A stretch of DNA of 64,000 nucleotides from Ramazzottius varieornatus (lineage: Eukaryota > Animalia > Tardigrada). The position numbers and the translations under genes are program-made. The notes under the pieces are model-generated. The model saw only the letters and a program-made list of their open reading frames with translations. It searched no databases and was not told where the DNA came from. Below, in pieces: positions 38,701 to 50,700 of the stretch (its first letter is position 1; every line of letters starts with the position of its first letter). The stretch covers positions 67,036 to 131,035 of the forward strand of contig BDGG01000015.1 of assembly GCA_001949185.1 (NCBI GenBank). Direction: 5' to 3'.

Positions 38701-41700
38701 TAGTACTGTAATTTTTCGATATTTTCGCGCATCACGTCATAGGGCCAGTGTTAAAAGCCCGTACACAATTCAGCAGGATACAGTTGATTGATTTGATTTA
38801 TGAAGATGGTACCGCTGTACAGTTCTACGTACAGTAATCAAGATTAATGATCATATTTTCTTGTAATTTCGTTGTTCAGTGGCAGTTTGACTTTGATATT
38901 TCTCAGTGTTTGAAATCATGCAGGATATCAGTAATCATAACCGCTATACGGTTGACGAAGCCCAAAGACATCTAGAGGCATTTGCTAAGTGGAATGGAAG
39001 TTTACGGAGTTATGCGAAAGTTGTTGGTGTGCCAGAATCGACGATTCGCACTTGGAAGTATGTTACTTCTGGCAAATGATGCTTGAAAAGGGCAAACGAC
39101 GTATTGTTTCCAGGAACGGAAAACTACCGCTGAGTAAGAATATCGCTAAGAGGAAAGAAATGTATCCAGCGATCGAGCGAGAAGTCTTTTATCAATTCGG
39201 AGAATGGATAAAAGAGGGGAAGCCGACTACTGATCGTCACATCCAAAAGATGGCTCTTTCTCCTGCCTCCCAGTTAAAGATCGAAGGATTTAAGGGTTCA
39301 TTAGGTTGGGTGACGAAGTGGAAGAAACGATTCAGGATCGTATCGCGAGCAATCACTAAAGTTGGCCGCAAGACAACGCAGACTGAGGATGACGTGGTAT
39401 GTAATAATAATGTCGTTTCGTTCATGACGTCAGATAGTAAATGACGTAATGTGGACAGTTGTCCATGTTCTGAAAATTATTTGCGACGTCACAAATATGT
39501 GAAACTTAATCCTAGGTTGTTTGTAGAAATCAGAGAGCTTTCTGTGGCGGATTGAAGAGATCGTGACAGTTCTGGAAACGCCGTATTTTCAGATAATGAA
39601 TATGGATCAGACGTCTGTGAAGCTTCAGAATACGTACAAGAAAACACTATCCCCAGTTGGCGTGAAGCAAGTAAGAGTAATCCAGCCACCGGGCGATCCT
39701 GATTGTCTCACCGTGACGCTAACCGTTTGCGCCGACGGCACAAAATTTTCAGCGACGATAATCTTCAAGGGTAATAAGGAAACTGGCAGGGTGTCACCAC
39801 GTATCCTGAACAAGCTAGTCGTTCCAGAAAATATCAAAGTCTACAGTAATGCCTCGGGCTGGTGGAATTCGGATTTCGATCGCTTCTGGCTGGCGGAAAC
39901 ATTCGAGAACTGCAGTCCTGGTAGTGTTCTGATCCGTGATCGAGCTCCTGCTCACAGCAAAATTGAAAGTGACTTCCTACTTAACGAGATGGGAATCCGT
40001 CAAGTTTTTATTCCAGCTGGCTTGACTGGCACATACCAACCACTGGACGTTGGTGTTAACTTCCCCTTCAAAAGCTATCTGAAGCTTTCCTACCACGATT
40101 GGCGTGATAGTCATACTGAGGTGACGAAAAGCGGCTACCTTAGAAAACCCAACCGGCAAGACTTTATCGATTTTGTTTCCGGTGCCTGGGAAAAGGTTAA
40201 AGTTACCACGGTTGAAAATTCTTTCGTTGGCGCACAGATTGTACCAGAGCCTCTTTACATGATAGCTAATCCTGAAGAAGCTTCTGAAGTAGATAATCTG
40301 GACGATACTTTCGACTGCAGCTTCAGCTCGGTGGAGGATTCTTTCACGGAGGCGTAGAGTTTACTTGATTTTCAGTGAAATTTGTATCAATCTCAGTTGA
40401 TTATTGAACAGTGAAGCTTAAAGCTGTCCTAGTACCGGGGTGTTTTGACGTAATAAGTCACGTGCTGCGCGAAAATATCGAAAAACTACAGTACTTGGAC
40501 TGTATCAGGATGTCCAATGCTGTTAATTGCCTGGTCGAGAAAGCTTTGCTATGTTAGCATGGTGCCAAATTCGTATTCGAGGCTTACGAAGCTCAGTTTC
40601 GGTGGCAACCAATACGGTCTGCTTTGCCCTATAACATCTGAAACGCTAAGCGTTTCATCTTTTTCAAACTTCTGGTGCGTTGGCTCACTTGGAGATCGGC
40701 TGGCCGTATTACAGACCTGATGGCCAACTCTAGAGCTCCACCGATAAGCGCTCTAATTCTCTTTAGGTAAGATCCTGTACGCAGTCGCTGGCCAGCTGAT
40801 CTTCAAGAGCAAGCTAATGTGATCGGAAACCGGTGGAACGTCGAGCGGCTCAGCGGTTACACAGTAAAGTAGCCTGCACCCGTAATTGGTGTAAAACTTC
40901 AGTCTTTTATGCATTATTTAGTGATTACCATACCCGTGACCACATTCTGCACCGCAACCGGTGCCATTAAGTTCCGAAAACTTGATCCGACGGATGATTT
41001 GAACATCGGACCAAAACATTCCAACAGCACCGTGCAGGCTGCTGCTGCTGCTCAATAGCGGGGCTGCGGGATTCACGTATTCGGGGCCTTTTGTGGTTAA
41101 TAGAAACACACAGAGCACATCCTACAGCTTCGAGAAACCGTACGGATGCCATATTTGCATCGTAAATACACAAAAGAAAACGAAAAAAAAGATAATGTTC
41201 GTTAAGGTTCCATCGCAAGAACAATCTTACTTTTGCATTTGTCCGGAGCATTTTTCAGCGCACGCTTGTCTTCATAATAGCCGTTAGAGTTGTCGCAATT
41301 ACAGAAAACCTTGTAGCTGTCAGCCACATATTTTTCTGGGCACGAGCATGTCCCCAGGCCTTCATCCGCACCCAGACATCTGTACGTGATCTGCTTGAGT
41401 TCCTTGTAACTAGGACATTCTGATGCCGTCATGCAGCCGAATTCTAAAGGTCCTACAGAATATCACATCACGTCACATCAGAAGTTTTTGGTTAAGTATC
41501 CAGTGTCTGCCAGAACAAACGAAAATAGTCTTCCGTACGAAAGCACTCCAGGTATCTGCTGCGTTTCTTCACATTCTCGAACCAGTAGTTTTCCCTGTCG
41601 CACTGGCACCGAATACGGTCCGCATCGGGTTGGTATCCCGTGGGCGAATCCTTCGAACCCTCTGGACAGCCACAAGTGCCACGGCCGTCTGGTGACGTCA

Positions 41701-44700
41701 CGAGGCAGCTCAGTGACTGGATGTTGTGCGGCCTACCGGGTCCGTTGCAGTCCGCGTCCTCCAGACATGACAGATTCAAAGGACCTGAAAATATGACGCC
41801 ACTGTAAAGCCTATCAGAACAGTGTCGTTTCATGTGGTGCGGGCAGACAGAGCATACGAGCTAACCGATCGAAAAACCGGCGGACAATAGAAAGAACTAA
41901 ACATAGAACGAATCAGACTGGGGAACTCACGAGCGCAACGGAGCTGCTTCTTCAAGCTGTCAGATTCGATGTTCTTCACATCTGGGAACCATTTGTCGTT
42001 TTCGTTGCAGTAACACTGTCCGGGTACCCCAGGTACTCCTGAGCAACGGCTGTTTCTCGCTACTTTCCGCTCGCAATGATCAGGACCTTGCCAAGAGCAG
42101 TCTGCAAAATTGTACGGAATCGATATATGTCGGCTGGGCTGTCAGATGTTTTGCACACTTTTTCCACAACATCCGTGCATGTACGCTTCGGTCCTTAGCA
42201 CAATCATTCGCGGTGAATTCAAAGCAAAGAATGGAGAAAGCAACCAGAAACGCAGTTCAGAATAATTGGTTTATAAAATACTCCTCCTTTCTTTATAAAT
42301 CACCGTTTTCGCCAAAACTATTTCAACCCGAAGTCAGCGTTTCCTGTACCATCCAACTAGCTTTGTCAGAGTTTCTGTTTGCACGCTCTCGTTTTCCGGT
42401 TTCTGTAGAACTTGAAACTCTTTCCAGAATTGATACCGCGGAAAATGATAGCGTGAAATTGCGTGTCTCTTTGAACACGGTCGCTCTGCCCCCAGTGGCT
42501 CATACTGTAATGCTCCATGCACATCGAGAAGTGACGTTACATTGAGCTTATGATGTACTCGTCATCACACGCATAAACTCCACGCTTACTGTGACGCCAC
42601 TGCGCGAAGTTCATGAAGCACTACAGTACGCGCACGCCAGTAGGAACGCCATCGTCGATGTCATCATACAGCTGCTATGCGATTATCCATTACGTTTTGC
42701 CTCATTTTTACTTGGGTTGGGGAAGGGGGCGGGGAGGGTCTGCGCGAGTGTAGCCGTCATATTTGCAATATGCTATGTGTGAGACGTAGCAAATATTCAT
42801 AGCATTTAAGCCGCATATTTACTATGTTAAAGATTAAGATGGGTCCTTGTAATCTTGTCTTAGTGGACCTTTTCTATGTTCCGCGTGTTCTCTGGATTGT
42901 GAAGTCAGTTGTCCTGTAGTGGATAGATACCAACTACGCCGGCACAAATGCTATGAATATTTGATATGTTTCAAACACAGCACATTGCAAATATGATGGT
43001 TACCAACGGGAAAGCTCGAAAATATTGAATTTCACGCTTAAATTTTCCAGTCCTACGAAATCTTGCCCAAATTCTACAAAGACTTGAAACAAAACAGTGT
43101 ACAATCGAAGACACTTGCAAAACCTATCGAGTGGTTAAAACTTTTTCGGCAGAATTTTTTATTGGTGAGGGCTTCTCTCACCGTCGACACCACCGGGACA
43201 CCATCCCCGGCTCATCGCACCACTACCCGGAATTTTATTCCGGTTGGCGGTGACTGGGAAAACACCCTAGCACTACTGTTGACCCTGTCGCGCAGCCGCG
43301 AACTCGCGCGGCTGCGCGACAGAGTCTCCAGTGCGTAGCAGTAAACTTGAGGTCCTCGTTTGAACAATTATCGGGAGTTTCCAGAGTGAAGGATTGATTC
43401 GCAGTTAATTTCAAGGGATGGCCCATTTATTTCTGCGTGTAACACAGTGCAATAATGGTGGTGAAATCGTACTTGTCTGGTTAACCTCACCACGTTTCGT
43501 CTAATCAAAGAATAAATTAGAAGTGCTGAGATGAGACGATAGGTGGTATCGAAGGTAAGAGGAGCCCTCGCTCTTTTTGTTTGCTCGCAGCTAATCTTGC
43601 CACCACTGAGTTTATCACCAGCGGCTGCGTGGTACAGTATTTTCCGTTTTATTTACTCGTTTTAAAAATATGCATGGCTTTCGTTCAGGAACAAACTGAT
43701 ACAGTGGTGACAATTTTCTCTACCGAAACTAAGCCCGGGACAAGTTTGGTTCTCATCAGAGCGTTTAGGAAAAATTCAGAATCACCAGGCCTAGTTTCTC
43801 ACAGTCGGCTTTCACGGCCTGCCAATATTCTGTACTTTGAAATTTTCTAAATTGGCTTTCTGGCTGGGCCGGCCTCCGCCACGGTTTTTTAACCAGTAGG
43901 AATTCTGTACACAAAGAGGATGGTAGTATTCTGCCATTTTGAAAATGGTTTTTTTGATTTTTTGAAGTGCTCAGTACATCGAAAATAATTCTCGTTCTAA
44001 AACAGACGTTTTTATGAAACTTTGGTGCAAGATCGGCTGCCAAGTACATGAAGCTACCGAAACCGAGAACTACCTAGTGGATCAGCTGTAGTTGATATCG
44101 TGGATGGCGTGGTTGTTGTTGGTGTTCTAGTGGTTGTGGTGGTTGTGGTGGTCGTCGTCGTTGAAGGAAGAGTCGTTGTTGTGGATGTCGTACTGGTGGT
44201 GGTAGTAGTAGTAGTAATTGGTTTGGTAGGTGCGACTGTTCTTCTTGCAGTAGTAGTGGTCCTGGTATTCGTGACAGTGGTTTTTCTGATTGTGGTGGTG
44301 GTGGTAGTTGGTGTTGTAGTTGTTGTAAGTTTTGTAGTTGTAGTAGGTGCTTCAGTCGTCTCGCAACGGATATTATTCTTGCTGTTCTTGTAGTACTTGT
44401 TCTTTATCTTGGCTATACAGGTGCAGTGTCCTATGCTTCTTGCGTCTTCTGCGGTGCATTTTAGATAGTCTTCGCGGCAGTCGGTTTTTTCGGTCTTGCG
44501 AGTGCACTTCTTCAGCAGAGGAACTGAACTCAAATGATTAGCGTTTGCAGGAACACCGTATAATTTGAATCTTTGCTGTAAGTTTTGGATGTATATATTC
44601 AATCAAATTTATCGCAGCAGCACTTACAAGTACACACTTCCATTTCTGGAATATAGTCTTTCGCAAAAGGCTCGGAAACAAAGCCCTTGTTGCTGTCGCA

Positions 44701-47700
44701 TTTACACTGACCATTCCCGCGCTCGTCGTCCACGCATGTTGTATTAGGGTAATTTTCGCAGTAATCGGGATACTGCATACAGTCTACGACAAAAGCATGG
44801 AGTCACTACGTTTCGACAACGGTCAATCACGCATACCTGAGTTTTGCTCGCATCCATCTTGATCTTCGTTTGTTCTAAACTTCGGAGGACAGGCGCATGT
44901 CTTACGCAAAATGGTTTTTTCCTTGGCACCGTCAGTCACCTTGCGGCATAGAGTCTGTAACAGCACGGACATCGATTTGGCTTGCAGAAGTACTTCCGGA
45001 CAATCATCATTCCGGACACATGGCAGTTCGGAAAAACCTGAAAGTAAATTACAGCGGTGACATCTTTTCCATTGTAACAATCCGACGCTTCCTGACGTTT
45101 GTAAAATTTCCGACCACCCCCCGGTGGAACTGCAATTCAGTATAACCTCTGTTTCATCTGCCGATGGGTGGTACTTTTAGCTTCCTGACCACTTCATCCA
45201 GCAATATTCTTATGAATTTCTTCTCGGTCACAATTCTTAGATAGCCAGGTGGGTCAACTTCGCCGTCTCAGAAAGCTGAGATTACCTCTTGATCATCCCG
45301 CTATCGGGGAACATCAGCTGATGGGATCTCTGGTCTCCGGTTTGTACGATTCTCCATTACAGTCCCACGCGTGAATCAGTCCCGGATAGGGAGCACGCAG
45401 TAGACCGGTTAATCAACGACCAGCTGTCAATCAGTCACACGCTTTCAGGCCACTGACGCACAATCAGACAATCAATGGCACGTTAGCCTGATCGTGTGTG
45501 GTACTGCTTGTTCGTGTTCGAACCATTGACAGCTGGCCATTGATTGGCCGGTCTACTGCGTGCTCCCTACTCTGGAATGCTTCACGCGTACGACTCTAGG
45601 GAGTATCGTACATACTGTGGATCAGAGATCCTATCAGTTGATCTTCCCCGGTAGCAAGATGATCAATAGGTAATCTCAGCTTGCAAACCACTCATACTGC
45701 GTTTTTCCGAACGAAATACATAGGTATTCAACACTTCAACACAAGCGTTCGGTTTATTAGCTGTATCAACTTACGTAAGCATTTCGGATGTGTGTTGTTT
45801 GCCGCGTTGAAAAATCCAGAGGGGCAGTCGCACAGGCCTGTTTTTGTGTTGCATTCCGTCTCCGGAAATAGTTCGCACCACGCCCCCTTAGCGTTTCGAC
45901 AGTCTGCAAGTCGAACAGATTCCTCTGAAACGAAGCCTGATATGTGGACAAGATCAATTTCTAAGCTTGACATGGACCTTACATAGACCCCATTACCAGA
46001 CTTTTTCGCCCGATAGACGAGATTAACGTGGACCGTAAAAGAACCCAGCGTTCAGCCTTCGGAGCCCGTTGTAGAGACAGCGGATACCCGCTAGAGAAGC
46101 GCCAACGAAAAACACGGTGTAAGCGGTCTAGGGTTCGGTGACGGGTCGCTTTGCTGTGCGGCCCAGCGTTGTAATTTTCGGAAATGTAGTTTATGAGTCA
46201 CAAGTCTAAAGTGATTTTTGTCGCTATGTCTCTGAGCCTTTTCTTCGGTGTCATTTGTGGAAGTTGTCGCGATCTGTCGTCTAATTTCTGCCGACGTGAT
46301 CATATCACGAACGATCACACTCTCCTTGTACGACGTTCGGAGGTGCGGACGCGAACTTCGGTGCGGACTTCGGTGTGGATTATGGTCCTGGAAGGACTCT
46401 GTAGAGGGTGAGCTCAGCGTCCAAGCGGCGAAGCTTCTGTCACCGGGAGTTCAGTTTATAATGGATCACTCTGTACTGAGCCTGCTCTTTCTTAATCTCG
46501 GATTTCGCTCGCATTGCGAATTAGCCAGATCGCATATCCTAGGTCTGATACTGGGACGCCCGATCTGTGCCCAAAGGCTTCAGTATACCGACAAGGATTA
46601 TTTTGTCAAGAGGATACAGCTGAAGTTTCAAGTTTCACAGAGTTCAGCCCCTGAGAAATTTCCACTGAACCCCCACCTATAAGAAATCTGTAGGCTCCGC
46701 GCTACGGCAGTAGACCGTTCGGCGTATGACGTTACCCAAAGGCAGAAAGGGGGTCACACGGTAATCGGCAGTTGAGCGAAGAAACTGGCCATTACTATGA
46801 CAGAGCATCGCACTACCATTGTGACAGTCGAAATCAACGAAATGTTTCTGCCAAACTGCGACGGTAATCCTGTTCTCATTTCCCGTCTCTACCGAAACGA
46901 AAGAGGCGGAAAACGCTGGAGTGGTAGCGAAGGAAAATTTCATACTTTGCCGACGCTGAGCGCGATTCAAGCGGTTCTCGTACCCCATTGACTTCAAAAA
47001 CATGAGTCGAAGCTCAAGACAAGTTCTGACCATGGGTCGGAAGGTTATGGTGAACGAAGACGGAAGCGTCGAAAACGTGAACCACGCATGGCTCAGCATG
47101 TTCCAATATCCTTACGTTTCCTTGCTCGACGACCGAAAGGTTGTTTGTTACACCGCGCAAGCTGGGGTAACTGCGGTATAATCCAGAGCACAGTCATTGT
47201 ACGGTGAAATGCTCTTATTAGAGAGCATTCGTCCTGCACTGACGATCACGATTACGATACAATCGCAATAGAAATTGCATCGTTTCCGCATCGCAAAGTG
47301 CTTCGGGTATTCGGCGATCCCGAAACGACTCTCAAACGATATACTTCGCTCCGTCACCACCGCTGAAAGCAATGGTTTACTCCAAGTGACTTCACACGTT
47401 ATAGCGCCTTGATTCTAGCAGCGGAACGGCGAAAATGGCTGATTTCTTCGATTTTCACCCTCTCTCGTGAATCTAAGTTTGAGTGACTGAGGCACAGTTC
47501 ACTCGTTCTAGAAAGGTATCAAGTTGAAGAGAGATGATTTCCTTACATTTTGATACTAAGCTTGACCGTGTGAGTGCTCTGGAAGAGGATCAATTAGCAT
47601 CCAAAGTTCATGACGATACTTGGGCAAAGTATCGTCATACGATAACAATACGATTGCAACAGAGGCACTCTCCTCCCATTTTTGATGACGTGGAGGAGCC

Positions 47701-50700
47701 ATCGTCATTGTATCGCGATCGTCAGCACCGAACCAATAGACACTATTGGGTATGAGGCGTTTTCCTGTCGAATTACGTGACAGAACGGTTTTCCGATGAC
47801 GTCATCAGCAAGAATGTTGTTGGCCATAAAAAATTATCCCTGGGGGTGACTTTTGGTGCTGTTTGGGTGATGGGTGTATTTCGATCACGTGACAGCTACA
47901 GCTCGTTCCCTATGGGAGCTAGGACCGTGGTCCCTATATTTTTCTGGATCAGGGTTTGTAAAATATACCGTCTTGGGGGTTGAGTTGTTTGTTCTAGCGA
48001 CATCAGGGGGCTGCGCCCCCTGAACCCGCTGCCAACTCTTTCAATGCAGTCTCGTCTTGGAGTACTAATCATCCGGACTGTTCCTCACTACTGGTGGCTC
48101 GTTGGAGTAACGATAATGCTAACGCAAATGACAAAAAAGTGAGAAGATCAAAGAACGCGTCCGTTGATTGCCTAAACCAAACGAGCCGGATTGGCACTTA
48201 AAAGTAGCTGCACTAGGCTGCGGTCCACAATAAAGAGTTGTTCCGCTTACTGTTATGGCTCTCTCGCTCGGCCTTTTCAGTGGTCAGAACCACTTGCTAG
48301 CAATAAGTTTGGGTGAAAGTCGCCTGGCTGTGAAGGACGCCACGTATTTCTCCAAAGATCTTTGACGAATCAAGATGGTGTCGGTGAGAAAAATGTCACG
48401 AATATAACCCACGCACTCTGAACATCACACAGCCAGCGCGGGATGAAGGTCCGATTATAGATAAAGTGAGCTGGCCGCCAGCAGCTAATCAGAACTTTGA
48501 ATAGTTGGAAGGCCACCATGTTTCAGAATGCCAAATAAGTAATTCCGATTACGGTATCGTGACTTACCATCCAATCGGTATTCGCACATTGTTCCGCCAA
48601 ACCGGGTAAACCAATTGTAGCCTACTTCAGTACCACATGGTTGGCTGATTTCCGTCGTGACATCCTCGCGATAACCCGGTGTTACAATGTTAGAAATCTC
48701 GTAATGCTCGCGATCTTTAGGTTCCACCCGGTTGTTGTAAAAACTGGCGAATGACCTTTTCACAAACCCTGTACAGGAACAATGGCCGTTTCTTATTGCC
48801 GAGGGCGTTGCCCTGCACGAAGCGTGATCCGGACTTTCCCACAGGCTAAAACAAAACCACGTTTTACCATCAATTTCAATCGTTCCTAATGTTATTCAAT
48901 AGTAGTCTAATAGATGAACCGGTAGCCTCCGTCGATCGGTTTTGACATTGCACAGTCAAAACCGCTTAACATGGATACACGTGAATGCTCCGGTGCTACT
49001 GCTACCTCTAGCATTTGTATTGATACCGTCCAGGTCAAATGGCAGTATCATATTAGCATTATCATATAACTTTGATACTATAGTATCATATAGTATTAGT
49101 GTACAGTCGTCGTAAGTACCAGAGGTGGCTGGTTGTTCCATAAAGGTCCGCTATCTGGCCCTTCTTCTAACAGTTTTCACGGAACATCAGTCAGGGCAGT
49201 ACTCGGCACGCGACTGATAAACCCCATCGTAAAAATGCCGAATTACGGACATTTTCAAAGACTTCAGCCTCCTCTGATAACAATGCGTATGGTACACTTA
49301 TGCTTATCTCTGCAAAAACGCACTTGAGGGGCAATCTCAGAACAACCGGAACGAGCAGACCAGAGATTATCTAAACAACTAGGGACGCGTTGAGCAGCGG
49401 GCCGGTGAAGCCCGAGAATATGAAAAGCTGGCCTCATGGGCCAGTTCTCTCCATTTCCCAGAGCGGAGGTAAGAATCGGGACGCTGGGTCAGTCGGACGC
49501 TGGCTTATACCCTCCTGTCAATTGGTCAAAGCTTCCACCAACTGGTCCAACCCTCATGCTCATCGGTCAAACTCTCCTGTAAACTGGTCAAACCATCCTA
49601 CTGATTGGTCAAACTCTTGAGCTACTGTAAAAATTCGCTGCATCCACGCTATACGTCATCGTACACGTGAAGTACAGGCCCGGTCCGGCTTCACTACCTG
49701 TTCATCCCCTACGGGGATACATCGTCACACACTTGTTTGTACTGCGTGGAAGCAGTGAACTTTCACAGTAATCTGCCGGTCGTAGACAAACGCGCTGGTC
49801 CAACGGGCCGATCTACTGAATGGTTAGTCCGAGACGCCAGATTCGCATTTTTCTCGATCCTATCGTCTCCTAAACCTGAACGCGTCCCTGTAAGCAACAA
49901 GCCAAAGCGCAGCATTAGCACACTACGTCTCCAAGTGGTTTGACTATGTTATTGCAGGCGAATCCAGCTAGCAGCTACACTTGGTATGTGACGTGAGACT
50001 CAGATAGTAGCTTGGCAGGGTCTTCCCGACGTGTCAGCAGAAGTGCAACGTCAGGTATGATTGCAGCGTGCCGAAGTTGCACGTACGTCTACCGCGTTCA
50101 CCGGAGCATGTTTGAAAAGCTCTATTGGAAAGTCCAGCCTGGTTCTTCTGATCTATTGGCAGTTTTTCTATGCCACCAATGAGGCACTGGTGGAATCCAG
50201 TCCATGAATCGTTGCACGTGACTGCATCATCTGCGGTTCTCAGGCCTTCCGCTATGTATATATGTGTTTCGGCGGCCCATTTCGACCACCGACGACTGCC
50301 AGTCAGATTGTTGAGGAAACGAGTTTGATTTCGGGAGCCCAAGGTTAACTGCTGATGCAGTCTGGCGAAACAGACATAAAGGAACAAGATGCTCGAGTGT
50401 TCCTTTATGTCTGTCTGACCAGTTGTCAGGTGGCTACGTCAGAAACTTCTTGAGGGGTTTCGAAATGATAAATGAAAATGTTTTGATTTGACGTCTCAGT
50501 TACGTCATATTTCGTGAGAAAACTTCGGCATCTGTCCGGACGCAAAACCCCTGCACAATTCTGGGTTGGATCTTTCCAGAAGAGCAAATAGTTTTTCGAC
50601 TTTGAGCCACGGCGGGGTACGGCAAACTCACCACGTGATGATGCCGAGTATGGTGAATGAACTCAAGTCAGAAAAGGGTCATTTGGAGTAAAAGAATTCG

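Noticed and set aside
44100-44393. Poly-Val ORFs on + (also 28418-28627, 28765-28992) resembling membrane proteins
   Set aside because: They are antisense shadows of the Thr-rich mucin exons.
46091-47372. ORFs that could be a first exon or signal peptide for the module array
   Set aside because: Every splice combination I tried hit stops, and exon 48768-48568 joins 45903 in phase. Not fully excluded.
49510-49615. Short periodic repeat resembling a CRISPR array
   Set aside because: Contiguous degenerate 21-mers without unique spacers, in a eukaryotic context with no cas genes.
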